DNA from: Antedon mediterranea
Taxonomy: Eukaryota; Animalia; Echinodermata
Reading direction: 5' to 3'
DNA length: 64,000 bases
Assembly (NCBI RefSeq): GCF_964355755.1
Contig: NC_092675.1
Span: 1,421,812 to 1,485,811, forward strand
Shown piece by piece: positions 50,924-64,000 of this stretch. The translations under genes and the position numbers were made by a program. Positions within the stretch are counted from its first letter, which is position 1. The number at the start of each line of letters is the position of its first letter. The notes beneath the pieces were generated by a model that was not told the DNA's origin, ran no database searches, and saw only the letters and a program-made list of their open reading frames with translations.

Positions 50924-53900
50924 TCAAGTCATAGTGGTCATAATTTGTTCTAAGCCTGCAAAACTGTTGTTACTACTAAAAGATTCTTCAAACTCCTCCA
51001 GAGGTGAATAAGATGGGCTTGTATATCCATCTATATCAGATAAATTATTTTGTTCTTGGCTTAGTGAAATTCCTGCTAATTTTGCATGAGTTACACTAGA
51101 TTTAATTGCATTTTCTTTGTCTATGTTATGAAAAACCTCACCGACAGCAGTTCCTTGTATCTCTCTCTCCTGACATGTAGTTACATCAGCTGCTTTAGTA
51201 CCTGGTTCCCGTCTTTGTAAATCATCTACTAAAACAGTCTCTTTAATAGGTTTAAAGGATGATGATGATGATGTACTACCAATTATCTGTATCTCTTCAA
51301 TAGTTGAATTAAATGGGCTTGTATGTTCTTTTACACTGTCCTGGTTTAAACCTGATGATTTAATGCAATATATAACGTATAGGTGATTTACTACAAATTA
51401 TTGACATGTGTGCTTACAGTGATGTGTTAGAAAAACATGTATTGCAATACTTTTACATATATATATATATATATGCATATGTTAAATAAAATATAAATTG
51501 TTTAAAATATGAATCATGAGATGTGTTAATAAATGTAGATTGGCAAACAAATACATTAATCTCAATTTGAACTAAAATCTTGGTGATCAATAAATGTATA
51601 AATTAAAAAATAAAACAAAAATAAATAATTTGATGAATAAGTTAAACAAAGAAAAGATTACAAATATGTTATAATGAAAAAGTATAAGGTGTGTGCATGT
51701 ATAGATGTATGTTATTATTATTACTTATGTTAATACAATTTTTCTACATTTCTATACTGAAAGTAGTTTGGTTATACCTTTTTAACATTTAGCAAATCAA
51801 ATAGTAACTACCGTATGTCATTATGATGAATTAGATAATGTATAAATGTAAAAATCATAATATGAACAAAACAATGTTAATGATGATGAAATAAAAGTGG
51901 GAAATCCACAAAAGACACAAAAAAACCTGAAGTTTCCTGGGATGGACAACTTGAAGCCATGTTAAATGCTTTATTTGGAGTGGTTACTCTTGAACTGTTT
52001 ATATCATCTGTAGATGGTACATCCATAGGTGAATATGGCAAGCTTTCTTGAGAATCTACTGGAATCTCTGAGTTACCTATAGGTATTGTAGTAGGCTGAT
52101 CATCAACAACATTCTTTTGACAACTATCGTTTAGTTCTGTAAATAAAATAAAAAATAGAATACAGTAACTTAAAAATATGTGTATTGTTGTTTTAATAAA
52201 TATCTTATATCCTTAATTAAATATCGTATATCCTATATTTTATCTTATAAAACTATGCATAGACTACCTAACTCAACAAGCAATTTGATGAAAATACTTT
52301 CATATTCTCCTTGGTTATTTGACCTACCTGTAAGGTCAACAACCTCAATCAGTGCTTCGTCTGCTTTCTTTTTTTCAAGTACCGTTTTTTTAGATCTTGG
52401 TCTTGAAGTGTCAATATTTTTGTCCTTCCATTCTTTTATAAAGCTTTTGGCAGACTGTATACCATTAGGCCGCTCTAGAAAATGTATTCAATTAAACATA
52501 GAAAAATGAACTAGAAACAATTGAGAAACAATCAAGTTTTCAATATTTTACCAGAATTTGTAAATTATTATCGCTGTGAAATATTTCCTTTCTAAAGTCT
52601 TGTCTACACTATCAAACCATCAAACTAACTATATATGGACATGATGATGTCATATCACTACTAATACTATATTTGGGCACATCATAGAGATATTATAGTG
52701 AACTATAATATCTCTATGGGCACATTACACTTTTTTGTCAAACTAATCTGATAGTGCAGACAGAGCTTAATGATTGTGGGTACCTTCAACATTTTTTTGA
52801 GATGGAAACGCCATAATTATTATTGAATAAAACTTTTAAGGAGAGAGTTATTTTGTAAGACAAATAATATATATATTTTTTTAATAGGGTGGAGAGAATA
52901 TTTTCATTTGTTGACAAAATGTATTGGTCTATTCCACTTTTTGAAGCAGGGATTTCATCACATGGTCAACTAGGAGAATCATGTCAACTATTTGTTTAAT
53001 TAATAATGTAGAATGCCTAAAGGAAATGAAGATTATTGTTATTTAATGGGCTATCAATAAAATTACCTTTACAGAGTTCAATGACCTGCCCCCATAGCTC
53101 GTTTTGTGATAGAATTCTAAGATGTCCAATAATAAACAGATGATATTTACTTCTGGTTAATGCCACATTGGTTCTCCTATAAAACAATCAACAAAAGTTT
53201 ATCAGAACAGTAGCCATTCATGTCTATATTTTTAACTAATAATGTTTCCTTGTAAATTTCCTTCTTACTTATAAGAATCTATGAACCCAACATAATCAGT
53301 TCGAACACAGGATAATAAAATCACATTCTTCTCGCCTCCTTGAAAAGCATCAACAGTTGAAATCTGAATGCGTTGAACATCCTGTGGTTTCATAGTACTG
53401 ATGAAAAAAAAAAAAAAAAAATAGCTGTTGTAATCATATTTTGGGCACATATTTTGGGCCCATATTTGGAAACCAACTAAATTTCAAAACAAAATACAGG
53501 CGATAAAACCCAGAAATATTCTAGTTACAAAAAGTATAAATGAAAGTGAATTTGGTTTACAGAAAAAAATTAATAATTTTTATATTGATCCAATTTTTGG
53601 CTAAAATGAATGAAAAACTATTAGGGTACATTAAAATGGCCTATTCAGAAAAAAAAAATTGTTAATTATTTTTTTCAGGGGGGGCAATATTATCTTAAAT
53701 AAAATGTATTCTACATAGAAGTATACATACGTTTGGGTCTTTAGAAACTCTGAAATCTTAAAGGCCTGTGCTCTGTACAGTGTAATAACGCCTATCTCTA
53801 CAGCATCTACCCCATGTTGCAGTATTACTTGTAAAAGTGCTGCCACAAAGGTTACTTCTTGAAGGTTATAATAACTACCATTTGCTTCACAATGTTCTTG

Positions 53901-56900
53901 GCCATCATGTACATTGTAGAAGCAGAGTGTTGGCAAATCCTGTTTACAAAAATGCTTATTATACAGATTGGATATGCATAATAGTACACAAATAATTCAT
54001 GGTTATGAGTTGAATGGTGAGAATATTTCACGAGTTGAAAAATTGAATGCTAGTTGACATAATTAACCAATCAAATTGCATGAATACAATCAGGTGTGTT
54101 ATAATATGGTAATGTTCAAAACTTGGGTTTCATAAAATTAACTTGAAATTTCAAGAACTATCGCTTATTGCATTGGTCCCTACTTGTGATGCACAACTGT
54201 CTTTACAGCTTTGAACTTTTTGTGTTATTAAGCAAATTAGACAAATTTCAAACAGCATTTGTGTACAATCTGTGCTCTATCTCTATTTACAACAGTTGTT
54301 GTATGCACTAGTACGTTTTGTTACAACAAAGGATGTACTGGATATACAAGAAAGTATTTGCAAACCAGACTCAATCAATCAAACACACGTACCATAAGTG
54401 GTTGTCGTTGTTCAGTACCAACTCCATCAACAAGTTGATTTTCATAGAATAGGTGATTAGACAGAGCACTGATATGCGGATGGCATCTGTACTGGGTACG
54501 CAGCATAATAGCCTCAATCCCCTGACAGATGAAATACAATTGCTATAAATGTTGGCATGTAGAATTTCTTTGCTTCTACACTTCAAGGAGGCCATGAAGA
54601 GCTTCAGATTTATGGGGTGGGGTCCTGGTGGCGATTTACAGTACAACAGTAAATGGTCGACTAAACAGTTTAAGGCCTCATCTAAAAAATTACGCTCCAT
54701 TGTCATGTGTTCCGATTCACTATTTGGAATACATGGAGAGCAACCATTGGATTCGAACTAGGGCCCTGTAGTAACTTTTTTAAGGTAAGTTATGGAAATT
54801 AAAACATATATTCAATAGTATTGCCATTAATCAATGACCATGATTGAACAGAAAACTCCAAAATAGGACAAACCAAAGTTTTGTATACGGCAAGAAACAT
54901 TTCAGAATCCATAAAGAAAAAGGCATGTTGAATTGTACTCATCAATTTTACTGTACCATGAATGTATCACCTTACCATGGCAACAAGCCGGTCAAACAGC
55001 GTTTGCTCCAGGCCGTAGTTTGTTGAAGACTCAGACTTCTGTATGGTTGGGGGCAGCTGTTTAGGATCACCAACTAGAACAATCTCTTCACAATGAAACT
55101 TTGCTACAGGTAATAAGGAGGCTGGCTCTGTCATTTGACTACACTCATCCAACAATACAACCTTTAACAGTAAATGAGAAAACATAAAGTTGCCATAGCT
55201 TATCATAGGTGGATTCAGTCAGCATGGGTCCCCCACCCCTTCAAAATTTTGCAAATTGTAATGCAAAAGATAGGACACTAATTTTAGTTTCTTATTCGAT
55301 TGGGAACTTTTGCAGTCAAAGATTTGTTGAGTACATTTTGTATTTGAATGGTAAATTGTAAACGAATTGTGCTCTACAGAAAATCCTTTGAATTTAAAAC
55401 ATTAACCAACTTAAGCTTTTTCATTGAGAACAATTTCAACGCTCAAAATACTCTGTTAAACAAGTACTCAACGAATACGACAATTGACTTACAGGAAATT
55501 TTTGTTTATCAATGCATGGAAAAACAGAGGCAGCACATGTGACAGCCACGACTTTAACTTGAGCTAACAATGCTTTGTTATGACCAAGACGTTGTCGTTC
55601 AAGGCTTTTCTTAATCAACTGTTTCTCTGACGATGTGAGGTCTGACTTGAGCATCTCTTGCAGTTCTTTGATATCATCATTCTGCTTATCAGACGCATGA
55701 ACACTATAAACAAATATTTTAAATATTGGTGTTACCGTGTTTTGTATTACATCTTTGGAAAATGGAAATAGTCAAATTCTGGACATGAACTTGTGTTTCT
55801 TGTGAACTTAATTCAATCAATCGTATTGTGAATTCATAATTAAATCATAATAACGTGTAGTGCAGTGATTTTTACAAAAAAAATTATAAAATATATACAT
55901 TGATTATTAACAGTAATGATAAATAAAAAAAGAAAAAAAAAAATATTGAAATATATATTAAATACAAAGTTTCATTACAGGTCTACAATCAATGGAAAAG
56001 ATGAATACATATAATATTGTAAAAATAGCAGATAGTGTTTAGGAAGATTGTATCAGATTGGAAATGAAGACAATACTGACATCAATATTGCACACCAATA
56101 GAAGGAAAAGAAATTCAACAATATTTGGGATACACCAAATGGTTATCAGAGAGCGAGGGCTTGAGACATCAGGAAGGAGTAAGCTAAGGCATTTGTCCTG
56201 GAGTGAGCTGACCATGGCTGATTATGCATCTTTAGTATCACTGGTATGTGCATTATACAAAATCATTATTATAAATAGCTCTACAAAACTAAGCTTACTG
56301 GTGACCTCTCTGTGTTTACAGTGAAAATAATAGCTTACAAATATTGATCATTACCTGTAGGGCAGGATTGGCTTACTGATTTTTCTAAGACTTCCTACAC
56401 GGATAAAATCTTCAAACCCAAGTTCTAATAATCTAAAAAGAAATAAAAGCAATGTTAAGTAAAAAAATTGTATATTTGTATAAAAGTTAGAAGTCTTGGA
56501 TTCATACAGTTTGAACTGAATTTGTATAAATGTTAGAAGTCTGTGATTCAAACAGTTTGAATTGAAAAATAGTGACATATTAATTAATATATATTATTGA
56601 TGTATTTTTAATGTTATGTATTGAGATGCCAAATAAATGAAAGAAAGAAAGAAAAAAAACAGTTTGAATTGAAAAATAGTGACATATTAATTAATGGAAA
56701 TAAACGGTTGCGGAAAGCAAAATAGTACACTGTAATAGTAAAAGTAATGAAATCAATGGAGTGTAAAAAAGTCATAAATAGTTGACACATGGTGACCAAG
56801 ACATACAAGCAAATTAATAATGTTCAATAAAACACACCCTAACAGAATCCTGTCAACAGCAACGTTAGTAGTAGACGAGATAAGAAGTCTCCAATGACTA

Positions 56901-59900
56901 TCTTTACATGAGTCCACTTGGTCAGGTTTCATTGCAAACAATTTGACAAGAAACAACACAACTACAGACAACAGAAAACTTTTGCCAGCACCAAACACAC
57001 CTGTAAATAAAGTAAAGAACAATATAGGTTGGTGAATATCACATCAATGGAATTGATCATATTATCATCTTAATAGTCAAAAATTAGAGATTCTTCATTG
57101 TTGAAGCCTACTGGCTTTAGCTTTTAGCATTTATATGCATACTTAAATCATTTAAGGGGGTTCTTTACGAAAACTAACTCACTCGCACCACATCCCACCA
57201 AAGTGCTTTAGTCTTCAAGTCTGAAGTTTGCACTAAATTGGAAGAAGAAGTGGAAGAAGAGTGTATGGTGCATACACAGTTAAATAACTTAATAATAATA
57301 ACATTTATAGACAGTCGCCTAGTCTCCAAGGGATCACCATCCGCATCTATAAATGTACAGATAGATAAAATTAGAGACCTAGTGAAAAGTGTTTTTATTT
57401 GGTGTAAAGCTCTGTCTACACTATTAAACTAGTTTAACAAAAAAAGTGTGGTGTGCCCAAATATGATAGTGACATGCCATCATCGTGTCCATATATGGGC
57501 ACATCACATGTTTTTAATACATCAAGTTTGATAGTGTAGACAAGGCTTAAGACCCAAGTATATGTTTTACCATGTATTAGAGTAATAGGTGGTGTTTGTC
57601 TGCAACTGTTGTCAGTTGTTTCAAACATTGAAGCAACTTGTAGCAATGCTTCTGCTTGGTCATCATTCAGATGGTAATTATATATGAACTCATTAGCAAG
57701 ATGCACCTGTAATTACACAAAGAAAAGAGACGATTTAGGATCATCAGCTTATTGATTGACTACTACTACTACATGATCGCCAGACAGTGTGCAGTTCTCA
57801 TGATGGTTGTCTGGTATCGTGGCTTTAACTGGATTCATACATATGTAAGAGACAATTTAGGATCATCAGCTCATCTAAGATTGACTACTGACATTTATCA
57901 ATACTGGCACTTCTTATAAGTTGTCATCAGGTTCAACCATAGGTCATCATCAATTCTGTGTTTGGGCAATGATTTTTTCAAGAAAATAAAAAGCAGTGTA
58001 GCGTAAAATAAAACAGATTAACTTACAATATCCTGTGGGGTAAAAACAATGTATGTACTTCAGAGTTAGGTAAACAAAACATTACAATTACTGTTCACCC
58101 AAGTAAAGCAAGATTTATTTAACAGATTTACTTACAATTTCCTGTGAGGTACAAGGAATTTTATGTTGCAGAGGTGTTCTGCAAAGTGGACTTTTAAAGG
58201 CCTTACTACCAGAAGCTTGCTTCATATTGTCTGGGTGGTATGAACTAAAAAATAAATAAAAAAGAAATTCATTCATTCTTTATTTCGTAATCATTGTACA
58301 AAAAAAACATACTAAAAACTCTTGAGATTGAAACAAATAAAGAAAATCAAACCACTGTACTTAAATGACAATGACCTGACGATGACCTTACCTGTCCATA
58401 AGGTATGGAAGCACAGGAACTGAATTCAGAGAAATGTGTTCATCAATATTGTACAGCTGAGCCAGTTCACTGCTTGCATTCAATAGTAACAGGCCATGCA
58501 CTGAAGTATCTATACTCAGAATCAATGACAGTTATGAACCAAGTTGGTCATTTAAGTCTACGTCTTAATAAATGAATGAGACATACATTCAATACAACAA
58601 TGATGATCGCAATAGAAATTATATATATTTATAATGCACCATATATCCAATCAATGATTGTACATAGGCGCAGTACATACATGTATAAAACCATTATAAG
58701 AATTAAAAGAACTTAAAAAAACAAGTTCAAATACCATAAAGGTCTACGACAATTTAAACTAGTGATGCTACAGTAATTAAAACTGTTTAAAAAAAAAAAG
58801 ATTTTAAAAAGGTAAAAATTTGTGTTAACAATTTTCGAACAATTATAAAATCAATCAAACGTTTTAATCAAACTCTGAATTAAAAAGATGTGTTTTAATG
58901 GTTGTATTAAAAGACGGTATTCCTAGTAATACTAGAAAAGAATAAAAATGAAACATTTAATTACCTGAGGGCCAGTTAGAAGGTGAATATCCAGTCACTG
59001 GTTCAATCTCTAACTCCATGTTGGATGATGGGCCATGATAGACACTTTTAGCTATGAAACTAGAGGATGGCTCAAACTGTAAACTACCACTAATAACCCA
59101 TATATCATCTAAACACAACAATACAAATATTTTTATTTAAAATAATATTTAAATTACTATTCCCATATAAAACATAATAAATATTTATATTATAATAGCA
59201 CTCAACATTCAACAAGTCACCATTTTTTTTTTGTGTTCTTCTTGTGAACTTTATTCAATCAATCGTATGTGTTCCTCTATTTTCTCCTAAACCGCAATTA
59301 AATATCTGACCTTTGGCATAAGCAGACGATACATCTTTATGTAGGAGCTTCAAGAACAGTTTCTTTTTAACACCATCTTCCATGTCTCTTCTATATTTCT
59401 TTATCCAAGGCTTTGCAAAAAATAATGCAAATATGATTAATTTACAATGCTTACTATGTGATAATATTTACAATGTTGGTGACAATGTAAAAACAACATG
59501 CCATAATGACAGTATGTTTAAAACAATGTAATGACAATGTGATAAAAAGATTCTTACAGGTAGATTGGGTTGACTGAAACCACCTCTTGCCTTCCTAATT
59601 AATTTGGCTCCACAATGTAAGGAAAGCCCAACACTCTTCATAAAATTCCTCATTTCCATCAGTGAACTCATCTTTGGTATAAATGAATTAATTTTGTCTT
59701 TGTCTACTTTGTTGGGTTTGTATTGATCTGCCCACAAGAAGAACTAAAATTCATTGAACAAATGTTTGTTAATATATAGCAGTTATAGAGGTTTGAGAGG
59801 TGGAGAGAACGGAGGATATAGGTAAACCACTAAGAAATTTAAAGCATAACTGCCTTTTAATGTAAACTACTGTAGTTGTGAAGATGGCAAAGAACGTGTT

Positions 59901-62900
59901 GAGGTGTTCAGATGTAGTAAAGAAATTAATCTAAAAAACATTTATGAAATCACCTTCTAACACAGACTAAACACTTAGGATTAGTAAGTGTCTAAGCAAG
60001 AAAGTCAGCCCTATGGTTAAGGAGGAGTTAATGTTACAAAATACAAATCAATCAAGTAGTGGTATTATACAGTAATATAAATGACGCTGATGTTTCACTT
60101 TGGTTTTCAATTCTGATGAAAGAAACGAAGAAAACGATGACAATTTTTTGATAATCGTACCTTACATTGAGAGCTCCTTGGCTGGCTGCATGTATAAAAG
60201 AATCTACCTTTATTTGCTCCATCTTTTTTTACGCATACAATCTTTGCCGCTATGTTGTGCTGACATGTAGGTGCAGTGGCATCAGTCTGCCTATCACAGT
60301 TAGCTGTTAAGTTACTAATATCAATCTTACTTAGTGCCTGGTGGTACTGTTGACTTAAACTGAACATAAGTATATTTAGATGTTCTGTAAAGGTAATTTA
60401 AATGTAATCTTTGTTAATTATTAAATAAGAAATAATTTTGACATAATTGTTTTAAATAGAATATTATATGAAGATAATGTTCTTCTGAACACATTTAACT
60501 GGCTATGAAACCACTTCAAGATATCATGGTAAATGCCATCTGGTACCTGTACTAATGTTTTAATTTTAAAATAAAAAATTGACCATCAGACCCATGTCTA
60601 TAGCCAAAAATGTTTAACAATGCAAGATATAGGTGATAGGTATTGACTAATTACCTTTAATTGCTGAAGCTAATATAGTTTTATAAACTTGAATTCCTTC
60701 AAACAGTATTGGTATGACAGTTTGCCTGGTTGGTGTGGCTGCACTATCTACCTCATCCTTTGATGAAAACCTCAGCTTACTTCCTATTGACATCTAAATA
60801 ATAATACAAAGACATAATTACAGTAGGACCATTAAGCTATGCCTACAAACTAGTGTCATATGCCCAAAAATGGTGTTGATATGCCTAAATATGGTAGTGA
60901 TATGACATCATCATGTCCATATATGGGCACATCAGACTAGTTTGATAGTGTAGACAGAGCATTAGAAGAGGACAACTGTGGAAAGCAACAAAGTCTTCCC
61001 TTAATAGGGCGAAAGAAAGTGTTCATTTAACATGAATTAAAGGAATTTTACTGTCAAGTTTACAAATGTAAAAAGTAATATCATTTTGAAAGATATTTAT
61101 GTTAGAAACAAGCTAGGCTTTTTTAATTACAGGTATAACTTGAATAACTGAAATATGATTTTTTTATAAAAACCTATACTTACTATACATTGTGAATATC
61201 TACCTGAGTATTATGTAAGGAGCTGCCCAAATTGTTGACAGGCACTGGTAATACACTATTGACATAGGGTAAACACTGATCTTCACTAAACACTTGAAAA
61301 CTCTTGTTTCTGTCATGTGTACGAATGACATTGTTTGTTTCTAGACAAGATTTCATGTCTGATAACCCAGGCTTTTGAAAGTTTCTAGACTTTAACAATT
61401 CTAAAGATGTTGATTTATTACGACAAACTACATCTTTGTTTCTATTTCCAGAACAGGTGTTTTTATTTTCAAAATGAATTTGATGAAGGGTTTCAGTTTG
61501 CTTATTCTGGTGTGGAGAGACCTGTAAAGTTGTTTCCTGCATAGAATCTGGTCCACTGACATTGTCACCGATGGCATTAAACACTTCTTCAACATCATCT
61601 CCAAAAAAATCCTTGAGTTCATCAGCTGAAAATACAAGACAAACTATGTACATAGAAAGTTTCACATATTCAGATGATCTCTTACTATAAACACTAAACA
61701 AATTTATTACAATGTAAGTAGTACACTTATCAAAGATAAAAAATGCTACAGTAATTATTATTTGTTGTATTGTATGGCAATTTACTGTTGAGTACAGTTT
61801 TTCCGCTTACACTTCTACTTACTGTAATTAGAAAATGAAATAACTTAATTAAAAGAATGAAATATTATAAACTAGTACTGTAATTAAAAAATGAACTACA
61901 TTATTGAAAATTATAACTTGCATAAAAAAAAAGAAATAACTTAATAAAGAAAAATCAATAACCTACTTACTTAATGACAAAAATAAAATAACTTACTGAA
62001 AATAATACAATAATTTGAAAAAAAAAAATGAATTGCTTATTTAAAATTAATAACTTATTTAAATAAATAAATACAATTTTTTACTAATGAAAAAATGAAT
62101 TAATAAGAAAATAAAATAACTTACTTAATGACTTATTCAAAGTTAGATTCATATTGAAAGAATTAGCATTGGACTCGATTACAGGAACAGTATCTAGAAA
62201 CAAGAATAGAGAGATTTTGAATTTGCGACAACCAAGGATTTTTGGTTAATGCTTTTTAAGATCATCTGAACACTAGCACCACTATGACTTTATACTTAAA
62301 GATTATGGTTTCTCTCACGCATGTCACATCATAAAAGCATACCTAATTCCAATATACCTTCTCTTCCCTGGATAAGATTAATATCTGTACGTTTTTTCTT
62401 GTTCATTGATATTGAATTCATTTTGCTTCCTTTGCAGGTAATTCTGGATGTGGTCAAACATTCATGAGATTGTGACTTCCCATTATTACTCTCTAATTCT
62501 ACATCTGGTGGCTGAGATATAATTGTTTTCCTTTGTCTAATGCTAAAATCTAAATTCCTATTATTATGATCATTATTTGGAGATGAGTCAAGATAATTGT
62601 CATAAACATGTTTATTTGATACAAAATATTGTGAGATGCATTTACTATCTGTTGCAGGAGTTTGTGATGACAATGGTCTTTCTGTGGACTCAAATGTATG
62701 AGCTCGGTTGGTTTTTTCATAACTTCTTAAATCTTTAAAACCCGAAACCTCTTGACAAAATGCGCTTAATGGCTGTTGTGATCTAAATGTACCATTATCT
62801 GCCATCTTTTGGTACAGTTGATCATCTCCAGTTTCCTCTAGAACTTCTGGATACATATTATGCTGACACATAACATCTTCCTGTCCTTCCTGAGAATATT

Positions 62901-64000
62901 CATGGATATTTTCTGCTACTTTAAATGACTGAAAGTTGTCTTCTATCATCAATTGAGTACCAGATATTTCCTGATACATGGTTGTACTTCTAATCTTTTC
63001 AGGAACTTCCTGATAATCTTCTGATATTTGTACATTTCCTTCTGAAACTTCCTCAAATGATTGAGCCTTTGTACATTCCTCTGGAACTCTTTGGTAATAT
63101 TCAGCACTTGTTTTTAAATTTCCTAGCCTTGAATCCTGTTTCACATCCTCATAGAATAAATTTTCATCAGCCTCAATCAAATTATACGATAAAGATGAGT
63201 CTGGCATAAATGATTCAAAACTTATGGAATTGGCAGTAACCTCATTGAATTTCTCATCTCTATTCATTTGTGATCCATTATATACATTTTCTTGGTAACG
63301 TTGCGGTGATAGTAGATGTTTGCCTTCTTTTGTATATGTACTCCATTTATATGGCTCTTCTGCAAAACTAAAAATACCTCCTTTCCTTTTTGAAAACATA
63401 TCTCGGCTTAAAGAAGTCTGTTGACGTTCTTGGTCACTGATGGAAAATGCATCTGGTAAGTTGGGTTTTTCTAGCTCATACAAATCATTATGATGGTCAC
63501 TTCTGTGAATTGGTCTCAAATGACTACGACTTGATGACCTCTTTGCAGTTTCACTGCATTTGGTACCTCTCCATACATACTCTTCAACCTTATTAGAAAC
63601 CTATGTAAAATGGAAACGATTACTTTCAGAAGGAATTTGAAACAGACTATTCAACATACAAACACTTCACAATGCACAATATTCTATTAACTAGTGAGAA
63701 AACTTACATTTAATTTCCGATCAAAGTTTTTTCTGTTTTTAGTAGTTCTAGCAGAAACAGCATTATTAACACTTTGTGTTGAAAGTATCTCATCAATTAA
63801 GTTGCGAGTTACCTCTGTGCAGTCATATGTGTTCTTGCGAAAAGTGGTATTCTCCTTGTAGGGAGATAAAGTGAAGTCTAAAGAGAAAGAATTTAAGATT
63901 AAAGATGTTTTTCAAGATTCAATTATTAAAGTATAGTGTGACAATGTATTAATGTATACACCTATTACTGTATCTGATTAAAACAATTATTCTTACCGTT
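50924..64000 (-). CDS. ZGRF1: ZGRF1-like 5'-3' DNA helicase (GRF zinc finger + UPF1/SF1B helicase), spliced, 5'-partial
   Basis: Exons: >64000-63997, 63877-63708, 63600-62343 (alternative donor possible at 62358), 62193-62125, 61625-61204, 60793-60655, 60384-60161, 59743-59558, 59410-59311, 59108-58965, 58509-58392, 58244-58136, 57706-57571, 57000-56838, 56432-56355, 55703-55493, 55161-54976, 54521-54393, 53939-53731, 53397-53269, 53176-53067, 52474-52328, 52136-51927, 51351-50924 (TGA). GRF finger CQH...VKKDGANKGRFFYTC...CKFFLWAD. Walker A IHGVFGAGKS, STTNVAVD, LDECSQ, VGDPKQLPP, QYRCHP, STVDAFQGGEK, NVALTRSK. Confidence 0.93.
52596..52767. mobile_element. MITE family A, copy 9, containing a nested 36-bp palindromic insert
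   Basis: TAA/TAA TSD; TIR remnants; insert at 52683-52718. Confidence 0.8.
52683..52718. mobile_element. P-element-type remnant or excision footprint (17 bp + GA + 17 bp)
   Basis: catagagatattatagt-ga-actataatatctctatg; perfect 17-bp arms; 7-bp duplication ggcacat on both sides. Confidence 0.65.
57408..57547. mobile_element. MITE family A, copy 10
   Basis: TAA/TAA TSD, TIRs, core. Confidence 0.85.
60835..60961. mobile_element. MITE family A, copy 11
   Basis: TTA flanks, right TIR agtttgatagtgtagacagagc, core. Confidence 0.8.

Overview
AT-rich, intron-containing animal genomic DNA. It is most likely a marine invertebrate and possibly an echinoderm, which is an inference from gene and repeat style. 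No prokaryotic features or CRISPR array are present. Six spliced genes could be assembled by hand with consistent GT-AG phases: ASH2L (- strand, 3' end off-window), an AAK1/BMP2K-family NAK kinase (+), GGPS1 (-), FBXL15 (+), a secreted 2x C-type-lectin + PAN/apple protein (+) and ZGRF1 (-, 5' end off-window). ASH2L/AAK1 and GGPS1/FBXL15 are head-to-head pairs whose promoter flanks are rich in CTAG/AGGCCT palindromes. Introns hold four minisatellites, which explain the long repetitive ORFs, and many transposon remnants. These include 11 copies of one Harbinger-type MITE sitting mostly right next to exons, a 5-bp-TSD hAT-like element, a 9-bp-TSD MULE MITE carrying tRNA-like A/B boxes, a truncated RTE LINE and a Penelope-like foldback. 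The best leads are a 36-bp insert matching a P-element excision footprint (17 bp of each TIR plus a 7-bp TSD), a ~185-nt GC-rich structured RNA candidate in ASH2L intron 1, and the exon-adjacent MITE family, including an inverted pair bracketing a kinase catalytic exon. I could not establish a new biological system from the sequence alone.
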